This document shows positions 9,831 to 20,963 of a DNA stretch of 64,000 nucleotides, one piece after another. How positions within the stretch are numbered: position 1 is the stretch's first letter; the number at the start of each line of letters is the position of its first letter. Origin of the DNA: Flectonema sp. DT1601 (lineage: Eukaryota); assembly GCA_964019425.1 (NCBI GenBank), contig OZ025793.1, forward strand, positions 1,302,001-1,366,000, in the 5' to 3' direction. The position numbers and the translations under genes were made by a program. The notes under the pieces were generated by a model. It did not search any database. It had not been told where the DNA came from and saw only the letters and a list, made by a program, of their open reading frames with translations.

Positions 9831-10860
9831 CAAAGCAACGCAGATTTCTTATCTGAAAGGCGGTGTTACGCACCTTCACTTACACTTCCACATTAGTTTT
9901 AGATGCCTTTTGCTATTCTATGTTTTGTCTTTTGGTTTTTATTAAGATTTCTTATAAGGAATGAGCTTCTGTTAGCTGCTTGCTGGTATCAATTGCGCAT
10001 AGGTAACTTTGGTATTGCTCTACAGGTATAACTCTTTACTGACATTTTATGTTTGCAAACGAATTATTATTTTCACATCAATAAACTATATTGACGCTGT
10101 AAAGCGTGGCTAAACAATCACAAACTGGTTGGCTCATTTATCTGATGAAGCCGTCTGTTTATTTAGTGACTTTAATTTCTCAATACTTTTTGCTCTAAGT
10201 AGCTTTCAGCTGCATCATCTTCTTTGACATATTCGGATAATAGTTCAGTCTTTTGGAATCTGGTTTTGCTTTGTTGTTCCTCTGCTTTAAGATTTTTGTC
10301 TTCCAACAAAGAAAAGAATGATTTTCAGTTTGATCAGTGCTGCTGAATAAAAACACGGAATGATATTGACAGGGGAAGACAAGACATTAGTTTCCTTATC
10401 GAGGCTTTTTCATGGGACTATCGTTGTGTCCCTCTGGTGTATGTGTTCTATTTTTGCGCACTTCATATCTCTGTCTCTGCACAACTTCTTTTGTTGCAAG
10501 ACAGTCGACATTTCCTCTCAATTTTATTTAACACTTACCGTAAATCAGTTACTTATTTCCTGTAGCTGAGTTCTTTTCACATTAATATTTCTCATCAAGG
10601 GAGAGTATTGGCGTGTGCCGATTTCCTCCCCTCTGTCCAGAATAGAATTGGAACAGTGAATACTTATTATTATTTTGTTTAGTTTTAAGAAGTAAAGTTT
10701 GCGTTGCATTTAAAGCCGGACTTGATAGTACTTCCCGCAGTCAACATTTCACTCAATGAATTATGACGATAGGTTCAGTAGGATCCCGTAGAATGCTTTG
10801 TACTCCTATTGAAGTGAAGTGTATATAATCTTCCCCTCACAGAAACCAAGGCAAAAAAAC

Positions 10861-11178
10861 ATGTTTTCCGGCCCCTTGAAAAAAGATGTCGCAGAGAATC
10901 TTGCAAAACGTCAATTCATTGCTGGATTCTTTTTTCTACCATGGCTGTGGATGTCAAATTATTTATTCTTTTGGGACATTCAGAAGGAGAATGAAGTCAT
11001 CCGTCGGTACTGCAGGATGTCTTTAGTCTGCTTTGGCATTGCGTGTGTCGCGGCGTTGACTTATTGGTTTACGATGGCTGCCTACCACCCTGATTCATCA
11101 TTGTGGGTCATTCATCCAGGGAGAGACGAATTTCAATCTGGCGTGTGGACAAAGCAGCTCGACAAGTACAAGTCTTAG
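10861..11178 (+). CDS. PSENEN: Presenilin enhancer 2 (gamma-secretase subunit PEN-2), 105 aa
   Basis: LAKRQFIAGFFFLPWLWMSNYLFFW...IRRYCRMSLVCF matches the PEN-2 pattern [24 protein letters not shown]...IKGYVWRS. The ATG at 10861 follows the acceptor TTCCCCTCACAG (10842). Confidence 0.88.
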   Translation: MFSGPLKKDVAENLAKRQFIAGFFFLPWLWMSNYLFFWDIQKENEVIRRYCRMSLVCFGIACVAALTYWFTMAAYHPDSSLWVIHPGRDEFQSGVWTKQLDKYKS

Positions 11179-11643
11179 GAAGCGAACTGCAGAACTCTTC
11201 GGAAACCCTTTTGCTTCTTTATTATTTACTTATTCGAAGGACAAATGACATGCTGAGAGAACAGCGGTTTCCAAGAAGCACTCTGAACAAATATTACCTT
11301 ATTAGTGGTGTCGTAGTGATACCTTAGTGGCCATTCCGAAGTGTTGGATAATTTTCTGAGAAAAGAATGGCGCTACAGTTGTTCAGAGTAAAAGAACAAT
11401 GTGAACAACTGTTTTTTTTTTTTTTTTTTTTTACTATTTCGTTTTATGTGATTCGTTTCGTTAACGTTGTTTTCCATTTGATATTATTGAGTTCTGCCAG
11501 TCGATATTCCCCACCCCTTCCAGGGAACACCATGTTCATAATAATCTATATCAGATCAGGATCAGAGTCAGACTTCTGTATGTCAGATTTATTGTTTTCC
11601 CTCTTAAATCTATTTTATTTCTATCAGTAGCAGAAAACAAGCG

Positions 11644-12489
11644 ATGGAAAGGTGCAAAGCACTTTATGATTTCGACGGCGTTGGAGATGACGAATTATCA
11701 TTCAAGAGTGGTGACTTAATACTGGTTCACTCAAAGGGAAAAGACAGCGGATGGTGGGAAGGAACTGCTGACGGCAGAACTGGATTGTTCCCAAATTGTT
11801 TCGTTACAATGATGGAAACCCTACGAGGGTACGGAAATATGGCTGTCGCATTGTATGATTATCAAAATGAACAAGAGAATTGTGAAATGCAATTTAAGAG
11901 AGGAGACGTAATAGAAATTCAAAAAATAAGCGCTGAATGCCCCGGGTGGTGGTGGTCTATTAAGCGTGGTGAAACAGAAGCAAAAATGACCCCATCAAAT
12001 TATTTCACTAGTAACGTCGTGACGTCACTGTTCCCGTTCGCTGCGCGTTCCTCACATGAGCTTTCGTTTAAAAAAGGAGAAATAATCGTAATAACACGTC
12101 GGTGGAATGACGGTTGGTGGGAAGGTAAGATAGGAGGGCGACAAGGTATATTTCCTGCAAACTACACAATCTTGAATTATTGTACGACATCACCATCTGT
12201 ATTTTGCAATAAGGACCTTGACATCTTAAAGGTTGGAGCAACAGAATGTCAAACCTGTTCAATCAACCACGAGATAACATCGACAATGCTTCGATCTCTT
12301 GACGACTGGGTTCGTGCATGTGAACCTCGTTCTAATCTAGATCTTTTTGAACATATTCCACTCGTACCGTCTGGTGGACCTGGGTCCCTACTTACTGAAG
12401 CAGATCTTCAGGTATCCGCCCGCCAAGGCGCACCGGAATTAGCCACTGCGCTCAGTTCTGATCTTGCTGCACGATACAAACAACATTAG
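11644..12489 (+). CDS. Triple SH3-domain adaptor protein with a degenerate zinc ribbon, 281 aa
   Basis: Three SH3 units: ALYDF..ELSF..GWWEG..GLFPNCFV, ALYDY..GWWW..PSNYF and ELSF..GWWEG..GIFPANY. They are followed by FCNKD..ECQTC. Confidence 0.92.
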   Translation: MERCKALYDFDGVGDDELSFKSGDLILVHSKGKDSGWWEGTADGRTGLFPNCFVTMMETLRGYGNMAVALYDYQNEQENCEMQFKRGDVIEIQKISAECPGWWWSIKRGETEAKMTPSNYFTSNVVTSLFPFAARSSHELSFKKGEIIVITRRWNDGWWEGKIGGRQGIFPANYTILNYCTTSPSVFCNKDLDILKVGATECQTCSINHEITSTMLRSLDDWVRACEPRSNLDLFEHIPLVPSGGPGSLLTEADLQVSARQGAPELATALSSDLAARYKQH

Positions 12490-12659
12490 AACAATAACAC
12501 TTGGACTGCTTTGAGCAGAAAGGTTAGATAGTCGGAGAGATGATGATTTAGAAAGCAACTTATTGATGAGAGTATTGTACTCTTTTTATATTAATGTAAT
12601 TTATACCACTCCCTCCCCATGAAATCAAAATAACTCTTCTCAGGTATGATATCCACAAT

Positions 12660-14279
12660 ATGTTTACAATCCTAGTAGCGAGTGATGTACTTGGAGAAAA
12701 AGTAAATCTTGAGATTCCGTTTAGCTCAAGGCCAAACCTGAAAGAGTTAACAGCAGTTGTGGAAAAATGCTACGAACGTGAGATTGAGGAACGTACTCGT
12801 GGAAGAGGTAAATACCAAGGAGCTGAATACAATGTGAGCAGATATCAAATATTTGATGAGTCTCGTGAGAAGTGGGCAGACCTTTCATCCGCTAGTATGT
12901 TAGTTGACTATTGTCAGATTTATGCATTTCAACCTCCAAATCCTTGGCATAAAGAGGTCAGGGCACCCATTCCAGCTCCAATAAAGACCAGTTTCGCGAC
13001 TCTCGCATACAGCAGGACAGCAGCAAATGGTCGAGACACTTCAACATATGAAGAGAAGACTGCTTCTGTATTTGAAGAAATGGATCTTCAAAATAAAAGA
13101 CTTCTCTCAGCTGATGATTTCCAGAAAACGTTTGCACTCCACGGCATGGAACTGAGCTCAGCTACTATCTTAGACATCTTTACAAAGTGTGATGCTAATG
13201 GTGATGGGTTTCTTAGTTACACTGAGTTCCAAATGTTTTCTGAGCAATACCCAACTCTTTTAGACTCTCTTTATCATCGACTTAAACACTACTGGGCAGA
13301 TATGAAATTCCAAGAACAAATGAGAGCAGAACAGGAACAATTAGAACGACTACGAAACGCCTTGTCACGCGCAGACAACAGCAGAAGTGAAGGCTCAAGA
13401 GGAGTACAGATGGCCAGCGAGCGTATTAGCGAGCAAGAGAAGACCATCTTCGAACGTATTGAAAATGTTCGTCATCTTGAGGACTCACTACGAGAAGCCC
13501 AGCGTGAGTGTGACAAGGCTCAGAAAGAGGTTCAAAATCGTGAAGCAGATCTCGCTCTTCAGCATGAAAAGGAGCGTCTTAAGGAAACAATTTATGTAGA
13601 CAGTCAGCAAGAAGTTGAGGTCCTGTTGAGACGCTTTGGGAATGCGACTCATGACTCCAACACTGCTATTGGGAAGTTGAGATCTCTTGAAAAGAGCCAT
13701 TCTGACTGTCAGGGTGAATTAGATAGAGAAGCCAGTAAAACAAGTCGCGCAGCATCTGATGTTGAAAATAGTAAAAATGCACTGCAAAACAGTTCTGATG
13801 CAAAGTTTGCAGCGTCACAAGGTGTTGATCGACTCGCACTAGAGCTTCAGGACATGGATCATGGTGTTGCTGTTGCTCAACAACAGGAAACTGCAACACG
13901 GGGAGCACACCAAGCAACCGTCGACGGTGTTGATCGTGCGAAAGGATTTAAAGATGATGAAGACAATAATCTCGAGTCTTGTCGAACTACTGAACAGTTT
14001 AGAAATGCTGAACGACTTCAATCTGAACAAATCGCCTCAGAACAGTCTGAAGAAGTTGTGCTACTTGAAAAAGAAAATGAAGCCTTCCTCGCAAAGCTAT
14101 CAGACCTAATGCAAACTGAAGGACCCATTCTTGAGAAGGAAATTAAACTTCGAGAACAGCGTCATAATTTAGAAGTTAAAGAATCTGTTCTGCGGAAGGA
14201 TCATAAATCATTTTATGAAGCATCTTACAATGATTCTTCTCCTATTCGGAGTAGCAGAAGGTATTCATCACAATCATAA
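12660..14279 (+). CDS. BILBO1: BILBO1-like flagellar-pocket-collar protein (N-terminal domain, EF-hands, coiled coil), 539 aa
   Basis: The N-terminus VASDVLGEKVNLEIPFSSRP...W.DL...DYCQIYAFQPPNPWHKE mirrors T. brucei BILBO1 (VAADIFNNKVNFELSFPSRP...DYCQLYVFQPPNEWHKE). It has an EF-hand DANGDGFLSYTEF and a long coiled coil. It could be a paralogue rather than the orthologue. Confidence 0.85.
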   Translation: MFTILVASDVLGEKVNLEIPFSSRPNLKELTAVVEKCYEREIEERTRGRGKYQGAEYNVSRYQIFDESREKWADLSSASMLVDYCQIYAFQPPNPWHKEVRAPIPAPIKTSFATLAYSRTAANGRDTSTYEEKTASVFEEMDLQNKRLLSADDFQKTFALHGMELSSATILDIFTKCDANGDGFLSYTEFQMFSEQYPTLLDSLYHRLKHYWADMKFQEQMRAEQEQLERLRNALSRADNSRSEGSRGVQMASERISEQEKTIFERIENVRHLEDSLREAQRECDKAQKEVQNREADLALQHEKERLKETIYVDSQQEVEVLLRRFGNATHDSNTAIGKLRSLEKSHSDCQGELDREASKTSRAASDVENSKNALQNSSDAKFAASQGVDRLALELQDMDHGVAVAQQQETATRGAHQATVDGVDRAKGFKDDEDNNLESCRTTEQFRNAERLQSEQIASEQSEEVVLLEKENEAFLAKLSDLMQTEGPILEKEIKLREQRHNLEVKESVLRKDHKSFYEASYNDSSPIRSSRRYSSQS

Positions 14280-14861
14280 CCTGTACTGTTATTATAAATA
14301 TTCTTAGTTATAGACTGATTGTAAAAAAGTCATGTGTTGTGTTGTTATTTTTTGTTTCAATTTTATATATAGATGACATCAAAAAAAAAAAAAAAAAAAA
14401 AAAGGTAGAGGAAGGAGAAAGAAAAGAAAAAAAAAAGCAAAAGAAAAAAAAAAGAATGAACGAACCAGAAAACTACCGAGCATTTAATCGCTTGGTGATT
14501 TGTGTAAAGCCGACTACTCAGTTTCGTGACATTGATCAAAAATATAATTTTGAGAAACTAAGAGATGAATGCAGACCCTATAAAAGTATTTCTTCTGCTC
14601 TCAGTTTTCTAATTATATTTTATTCGGTTTGATTGTTTTTTTGAGTAGGTATCCGTTGTTATTGTCGTTGTATACTTCCCGAAACCCTCCCATTGTAACA
14701 CTTCAGCAGCTATCTCACTAAACTTAATTAAAACAGTTCTCAACTACAGGAGAAGACTTATGCGAGATGATTAGGTCATCAATTGTTAATGGAAGTTGTG
14801 TTTGATATTATTTCACTTTTACCCCCTCTCTCGATAGCGGCGCAGCAGGGGTGCCTTCGAC

Positions 14862-16284
14862 ATGTCTGACAGCAGTAGCATTAGCAGCAGCAGCTCTTCC
14901 ACCACTTCATCAAACTCAAGAGCCAGGAGTGTCAAAGAAGATAACGAGAATCGTAAAGATGGCTCTGATCAGGAAACAGATGTACCTCCGATAGTCTTTG
15001 TGAGAGGACTCACTTTAAATACAAAGAAGGCTCACTTACACGAAATCTTCGGAACCTTCGGTGAAGTCAGTGAGATTGACAGACCAGATACTGTCAACTA
15101 CTGCTGGGTAACCTACTCATCATCAAGTCACGCAAGGACGTGTATGGAACACATGTCTCCTGGTGCCGAGGTACGTTTTTAACTCTTAGTGAGGCTCTGT
15201 TTTGAAAATTACGAATACTTTTATTATTTAATGCTAACAACCAAAACAGATTGATGGAGTTATTGTCACCTTAACGTCCGTATCAAAGAAAGAGGTCGTC
15301 AATCAACAGGAAAGTGCTCCGGAAGGCAGAGCTGTTGCCCGGCCGGAAGGTGGTGATCGGAGAAGAGAAGTCGATCAGCGGAACCGCGAGAGAAATACGT
15401 ACGAGAGAGGAAGGGGCGACAGAGACCGAGAGAAGGTGTTCCACAGAGATGCCGGAGACAGAAACAATAGAGACAGAGACAGACATGATAGAGACAGAGA
15501 CAGGGAATATCACAGAGAAAACAGAGATGAAGGCAGGGACTATCGCAGAGATAATGAAAGAGACAGAGACAGGGAACGAGAGCGATATGATAGACAACGT
15601 GACGTAGGGAGACATGACGATAGACGAGAACCTCCTGCCCGAGGATATCGGGAGAGAGAACGAGATGACCGAAGAATGCCACGAGATGATCATCAACACC
15701 AACGGGGCGATAGAGAATCACATTACAGCAGACGGGAGGAGCCAGCTCGAGGAAGAGATGGGAACAACAGCAGAGGTGGCAAAGGAGATAACCGCGAGAG
15801 TGACAGAGACAGGGGTTGGGGAGAAAGAGCCCATGACCGTAGTCGAGATCAATTCGATAGACAAGATCATAGTAAAGGACGAAGTGATCGTGATCATGGT
15901 AAAGGACGTATTGAAGAACGAGAGCGTCCCCAGCGAGGATACCGAAGAGACGTCGAAGATCGTGAACGTGCCTGGGCAGATCGTGACAAGGCTCGCAAGA
16001 GTGAACGTCAACGGGAACGCGAAAGAGAGCGGGTCAAGCGTGGTCGTGACGACCGCCACAAGCGGTCAACTCATCGCAGACGTAGAAGGTTTGTTTCAGA
16101 GTTTTATTTTAAAATTACTATCAATAACAAGAACAGCGTAACAACAACAAACTACAACAACAGCATGAGTTCAAGCTCCTCCAGCTCTTCCAGAGGTAGT
16201 ACGAATTCTTCCAGTAGCACGACGTGCAGCACCTCATCAAGTTCAATTTACGAGAAACGGACAAGTCGTAGGAGGAGACGTTAG
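14862..16284 (+). CDS. RNPS1: RNPS1-like RRM/RS(RD)-rich splicing and exon-junction-complex factor, ~422 aa; exons 14862-15170, 15250-16088, 16164-16284
   Basis: Ser-rich N-terminus and RRM VFVRGLTLNTKKAHLHEIFGTFG...CMEHMSPGAE|IDG. Removing intron 15171-15249 restores the RNPS1-type (G)xIDG motif. Long RD/RE-rich tail. The second intron (16089-16163) is in frame. Confidence 0.75.
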
Positions 16285-16627
16285 GAGTCATGTCAAAAAT
16301 GGATGGCTCCAATTCTTTCGCTGTTTAGCCAGCGAAATCTGTTGACCGTTGTGATGACAACGCGCTCGTCAAGAAGTCAGTCATCTGTCAAACATGCTGC
16401 GACAGTGTTTTACAAGTTATACAGTGTTGTTTCTAATTAGCTCTCTCTTTGGAGAACACTTGGCGAGCCAGTATCTACGAGTGGAATAGAGTATAAATGT
16501 GAACTGTTTTTCATAACACAGGTTCTCATATATCACGGAAATAGTTGTTCACCAGCTGTCCTACTCTAGCTTGTACTCTCCGTTGTTGTAAGTTAAAAGT
16601 ATAAAAATTATTCTACAGGTTGCTACA

Positions 16628-18658
16628 ATGCAAATGGACGTCTCTCATCAGACCCGTCTGTGGTCGGTGTTGGAACAAGAGATGGATTATTGGAAGGGGA
16701 CCTGCAGTACTACCAGCAGACCTTTTGAAGAAGTATATCGATGTATGAGGTGGCTTGTTGATGATGGTTATGGAGAATGGGTAGAAGAAAAGATTTATGA
16801 AAAGATTAAAAGATCGTATGCAGAATCTCTATTGAATATCAGCAACGACATTAAGAACGTTGTAACACTTTGGGATAATATGAAACACTTTACTTCTAAA
16901 GTCCGTGAGGTATACGGAGCCCACATTTCAACAATACGAACTGACATACTTCCGCTTTCTGCTGCAGCACTTATTGACTGTCTTCTTGAGAAGGAGGTTA
17001 TTGATAATCATATCACAGAAATTATTAATTATTTGTTAGAAAATAATAATCAACACAATGATCTCTACCAGAGATATCTACACGTTGTTCATTTAACGTA
17101 CTCTCAGTATCAAAACATCTTTCATCAAGTTGGATTGCTATTAAAAACTAAAATTGAACATTCGATGCAACAACAGAAATATCATTCAGCTGAGGAAGCT
17201 CTGTCAGATGTCTTAGCAAAACTGCAACGCGTTTCAATTCAAGGTTGGATTCCACATACTCTGCGACAAGACTGTAAGAGAGGGTTAGAAGGGGTGTTTA
17301 GGACTCAACATTTTTTAGAAATTCTAATGAAATGGCCTTCCTCATTGAAAGATTCAAAAAATACAAAAACAACAACCATCTTAACTCTTTGTCAGGTTCT
17401 ACTGACTAGCGACATGCTACGATCTTCTAAGTCTGAAAAAGACTTTGAACACGTTAGTGAAATCCTACAAGCCATGCGAAAGGTATTCATAGAAGTTGTC
17501 AACTTAAATTCAAACTCTCGTGAGATAATTGAACTACTCTGTCAGCTGTATGACTTGTTATTGTCAACTACAACAGTTGAAACGGCATCTAAACTACTTA
17601 AAGAAACTATCAGTAAAAGTTCATTAGGGAATACTCTAGATATTGAGCAGTTGGTTTTATCAATTGACTTCGTTATGAAAACTGAATCGACGATATCGTT
17701 TGAGGGACTTCAATACACTTTTAGTTTATTGTTATCTCTCAGTAATGTTGGTAGTCAGCTGTTTGTTGAATCGTTGACTCACAGAATGACTAACAGACTT
17801 CTACATCATAAAAACATATCATTTCAAAAAGAATCAATTCTCTTAGACTCATTACAGAATGCTAATTTAACGAACTCCGAGACTCGTAGAAACTTATTAA
17901 CGATGCTCTCTGATATCAGAGATCAGGTGTTAAAAGTTAATAAGGGTCGAGTATACATCTTAAATTCGATGTCTTGGCCAAGACTTCCAACTGGATCAGC
18001 ATCTCATCTAACCAAACCCCAACTACTACGTTCTTTAGAACAGGAGGCGGAATTACAATACAGTAGTTGTCATAGAGGGAAAACTCTTTCTTGGGTTGAG
18101 ACTGCTTCGAAATTAACACTTTTAGACACAGAGAGAAAGCTTCTGATCTCATGCAGCTACGTTCACGCTGTCATATTGATGTTGGTTTGGCCAACTGATG
18201 GTAGCGTAAGTAGAACAGAGTCTGAAATAATAAACATCACAACGTCTGGTAACGGAGATAATCAACTTGTTGGAGATAAACAACATGAGATTCAGAAATG
18301 TCTTCAGCAGCTTCAATCAAATGGAGTACTCACTTGCAGTGAAGGTGGTTGGAGAGTTGATTCCTCGAGGCATTCTAAAAAACGAGTTAATTGCCTTTCT
18401 AAAACTGCTTCTTGTTCTCTTCCTGTTTCTCGTAGTTCTTCTCCAACTCCAAGTACGGCAGCTTTTATAGAAGCGACTCTGACTCGAATGATGAAATCTC
18501 ATCGAAGGATGTCTTGCCAGTCACTTGTTGCTGCAGCTGCTGAAGCAATCGGAGGAGGTATTCGACTTGACGTCATCAAACGAAGAGTAACAGTCCTCAC
18601 TCAGAAAGGATACTTTGAAATGACCGAAAATAATAAAACGATTCTTTATGTCACCTGA
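16628..18658 (+). CDS. Divergent cullin-family protein, 676 aa
   Basis: RMTNRLL, VYILNSMSWP and HRGKTLSW, plus a C-terminal neddylation winged helix IEATLTRMMKSHR...IKRRVTVLTQKGYF. Confidence 0.82.
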   Translation: MQMDVSHQTRLWSVLEQEMDYWKGTCSTTSRPFEEVYRCMRWLVDDGYGEWVEEKIYEKIKRSYAESLLNISNDIKNVVTLWDNMKHFTSKVREVYGAHISTIRTDILPLSAAALIDCLLEKEVIDNHITEIINYLLENNNQHNDLYQRYLHVVHLTYSQYQNIFHQVGLLLKTKIEHSMQQQKYHSAEEALSDVLAKLQRVSIQGWIPHTLRQDCKRGLEGVFRTQHFLEILMKWPSSLKDSKNTKTTTILTLCQVLLTSDMLRSSKSEKDFEHVSEILQAMRKVFIEVVNLNSNSREIIELLCQLYDLLLSTTTVETASKLLKETISKSSLGNTLDIEQLVLSIDFVMKTESTISFEGLQYTFSLLLSLSNVGSQLFVESLTHRMTNRLLHHKNISFQKESILLDSLQNANLTNSETRRNLLTMLSDIRDQVLKVNKGRVYILNSMSWPRLPTGSASHLTKPQLLRSLEQEAELQYSSCHRGKTLSWVETASKLTLLDTERKLLISCSYVHAVILMLVWPTDGSVSRTESEIINITTSGNGDNQLVGDKQHEIQKCLQQLQSNGVLTCSEGGWRVDSSRHSKKRVNCLSKTASCSLPVSRSSSPTPSTAAFIEATLTRMMKSHRRMSCQSLVAAAAEAIGGGIRLDVIKRRVTVLTQKGYFEMTENNKTILYVT

Positions 18659-18840
18659 CACTTCAACAGGGGACCACCTTCTCACTAACAGGTTTTTTAG
18701 CGAAAGTTAGATTTCTTTGCTACTGTATTTGTATTTATTTTAGTTTGTATTACTTTATTTTAATATTCAAGTTGTTATAAATACATAAGAGTGACTACCC
18801 ATTATGACTATTCCCTTCACAGTTATCCGAGTTCATAACC

Positions 18841-20963
18841 ATGACGTTAGTAGCGGCTAATCAGGACCAGTATGAAACTGGTTCTGTTACCCACTCAGAC
18901 ATGTCATATGCGAGAAGACAAGTGGCAGCTGATCAGGCAAAGAGAAGACTTCGCCAGGAAATTGATAAAAAGGAAAAGCAAGTAGACCAAATGAGACAAG
19001 TTGCCGACAGAAAGAGAAGACAATTAGAAGATGAGAAGGAGCAGGTGGACAAGATGTACCAAATGAAGGAAGCTGATGAAGAAACGATTGTGAAGTTGAA
19101 AGAGCAGAAGTTGTTGTATCGCATCTTCAAACAACTCGACGTCGAGAGGAAGGAATCACTTTCGATTGAAAACTTTGAGCGTATCATTGGATCTGAAACA
19201 GCAGTCGTACACGAGCGCCTGTTCTCATCCCTTGCGACTACATTCCACATTACAATTAAGACCCGTGAATACGAAGAGGGATACGTTGAAGATCTTCTTA
19301 TTAGAGAAATGGGTCTTCATCCTTTAACACTCGAAACTACTTTACTGGACACCCATTCACCGGGTTTATTAAAAATGCAGCTCAAATTAGTTTGGTCATC
19401 GCACCCGATCGAGTTGGAAAAAGACCCAAAGGAGTCTGAAGAAGAAAATGAACGCAGAGACGAGGAACGGCAAAAGTACTACCAGTCAATGGGTGGTGAT
19501 GGTGAATCTGTTAGCGTTGAAACAGCTCAGATGAAGGAAACACAAATGATTGAAATTATTAGAACTCAACTATCAGAAGGATGGGAAGTTCTTAAAGTAC
19601 ACGATGAGATTAGAAGTGACTTCGATGACTTTACCTACTTCTGGAAGGACATGGAGGACAGTGTAATCCCTGATGGACTCAAAGACCTCTACCGTGAGCA
19701 AAAGCAAATTGAAGAAGAAACCATCCTCCCTGAAGAAGCCCTAGACAGAGTAGTTGAACTTGAACATCAAATTAAACATCAGCTCAAGTTGAATGATGTC
19801 ATCACTAGAGACACCGCTCTCACTGAGAAAGACATCGCAGCTGTTGATAAACAAATTGATAACATCAGTAAGGAACTTCTAAACATTCAAAGAGTAACTG
19901 GATTCGACTCAAACATTTCTAACAAAGATGCTGTTGACTTCAAACTCCAGGAGCAGGAAATCAAGCAACTCATGCAACTCGTTAAAAAGGTCGAAGAGGA
20001 GCAGACCAAGGGAAACAAACTCCTTCGCAGAAAGACAAAACTCATTGAGGCATTAACCTCTGAAGTTGACGAAAAGGGCGAACTCGAGGAACAGGTCTTC
20101 CAAGCCACTAATGACTTAAAGGTCGCAAACAGAGAGATTGATGAACTTTTAGAACAAACTAGAGGACTGAAGAATGACCACAGCAAGAGTGACAAGGCGA
20201 TTATGGTTCTTGAGAACACCAGAGACCAGGTTGCAGTACAATCTCTTCAGAATGATAAGCAGTACCTCAGAAATCAGATTACTCATCACCTTCGTTCAAA
20301 GGGAGAGAGTGACAGAGCTATTAAGGCACAGGCACACAGATTAGGTGTACTAGACAGAAGATTAGAAATGGTAACTAACGCTCTGAAGGATCTGAAGAAG
20401 GATCAAAAGATTCAACGTCGTCTGAAAGACGCTCTCGTCATGGCGGAGGATGATCTCCGTGACGCTACCAACATGGATTCAATTATGCCGGACAATGAAA
20501 TGGTTGACATCGAACTTTATGAAATCCTTAACAGAGATTTAGAAGCAATCACTAACAGTATTAAACTCAAAGACATCATTCTCATCGAGAAGGAAGCATC
20601 CATTGAAGCTACTGAACTCAAACTCGAAGAACTTCACCGCATCAAGGAAGATGATGAGGAATACTACTACATAACAACTAACAAGACTAACAAAGTATGA
20701 AATTACAATTTTTATATATTTTTATTAGACAGCTGCTCATCAACAAAAATCAACTTCTAAAAACCAACAGGAAGTTGATGAGCTTAAGGAAGACTACGAA
20801 GAAGTGCGCGGAACCTACAGAAGAGAGAGACACGCGCTTAAGAAAAGCATCGATAAATCGAGCAGGGTATGTGTTTACTAAATACGTAAGGTCTCATCAG
20901 TGTCTTTTTCGATACTCAAATCAATTAATAACCTAACAGAAGGCAGCCAACCTTCTCCGATAA
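18841..20963 (+). CDS. Long coiled-coil protein, possibly flagellar or cytoskeletal, ~657 aa; exons 18841-20694, 20771-20866, 20940-20963
   Basis: E/K/Q-rich heptad pattern and an EF-hand-like segment IFKQLDVERKESLSIENF. GT-AG introns 20695-20770 and 20867-20939 extend the frame to KAANLLR*. Confidence 0.8.

Noticed and set aside
15283..16312. Several overlapping ORFs on both strands (T/E-rich, S/V/I-rich)
   Set aside because: Shadow frames of the low-complexity RD/RE coding region of the RNPS1-like gene.
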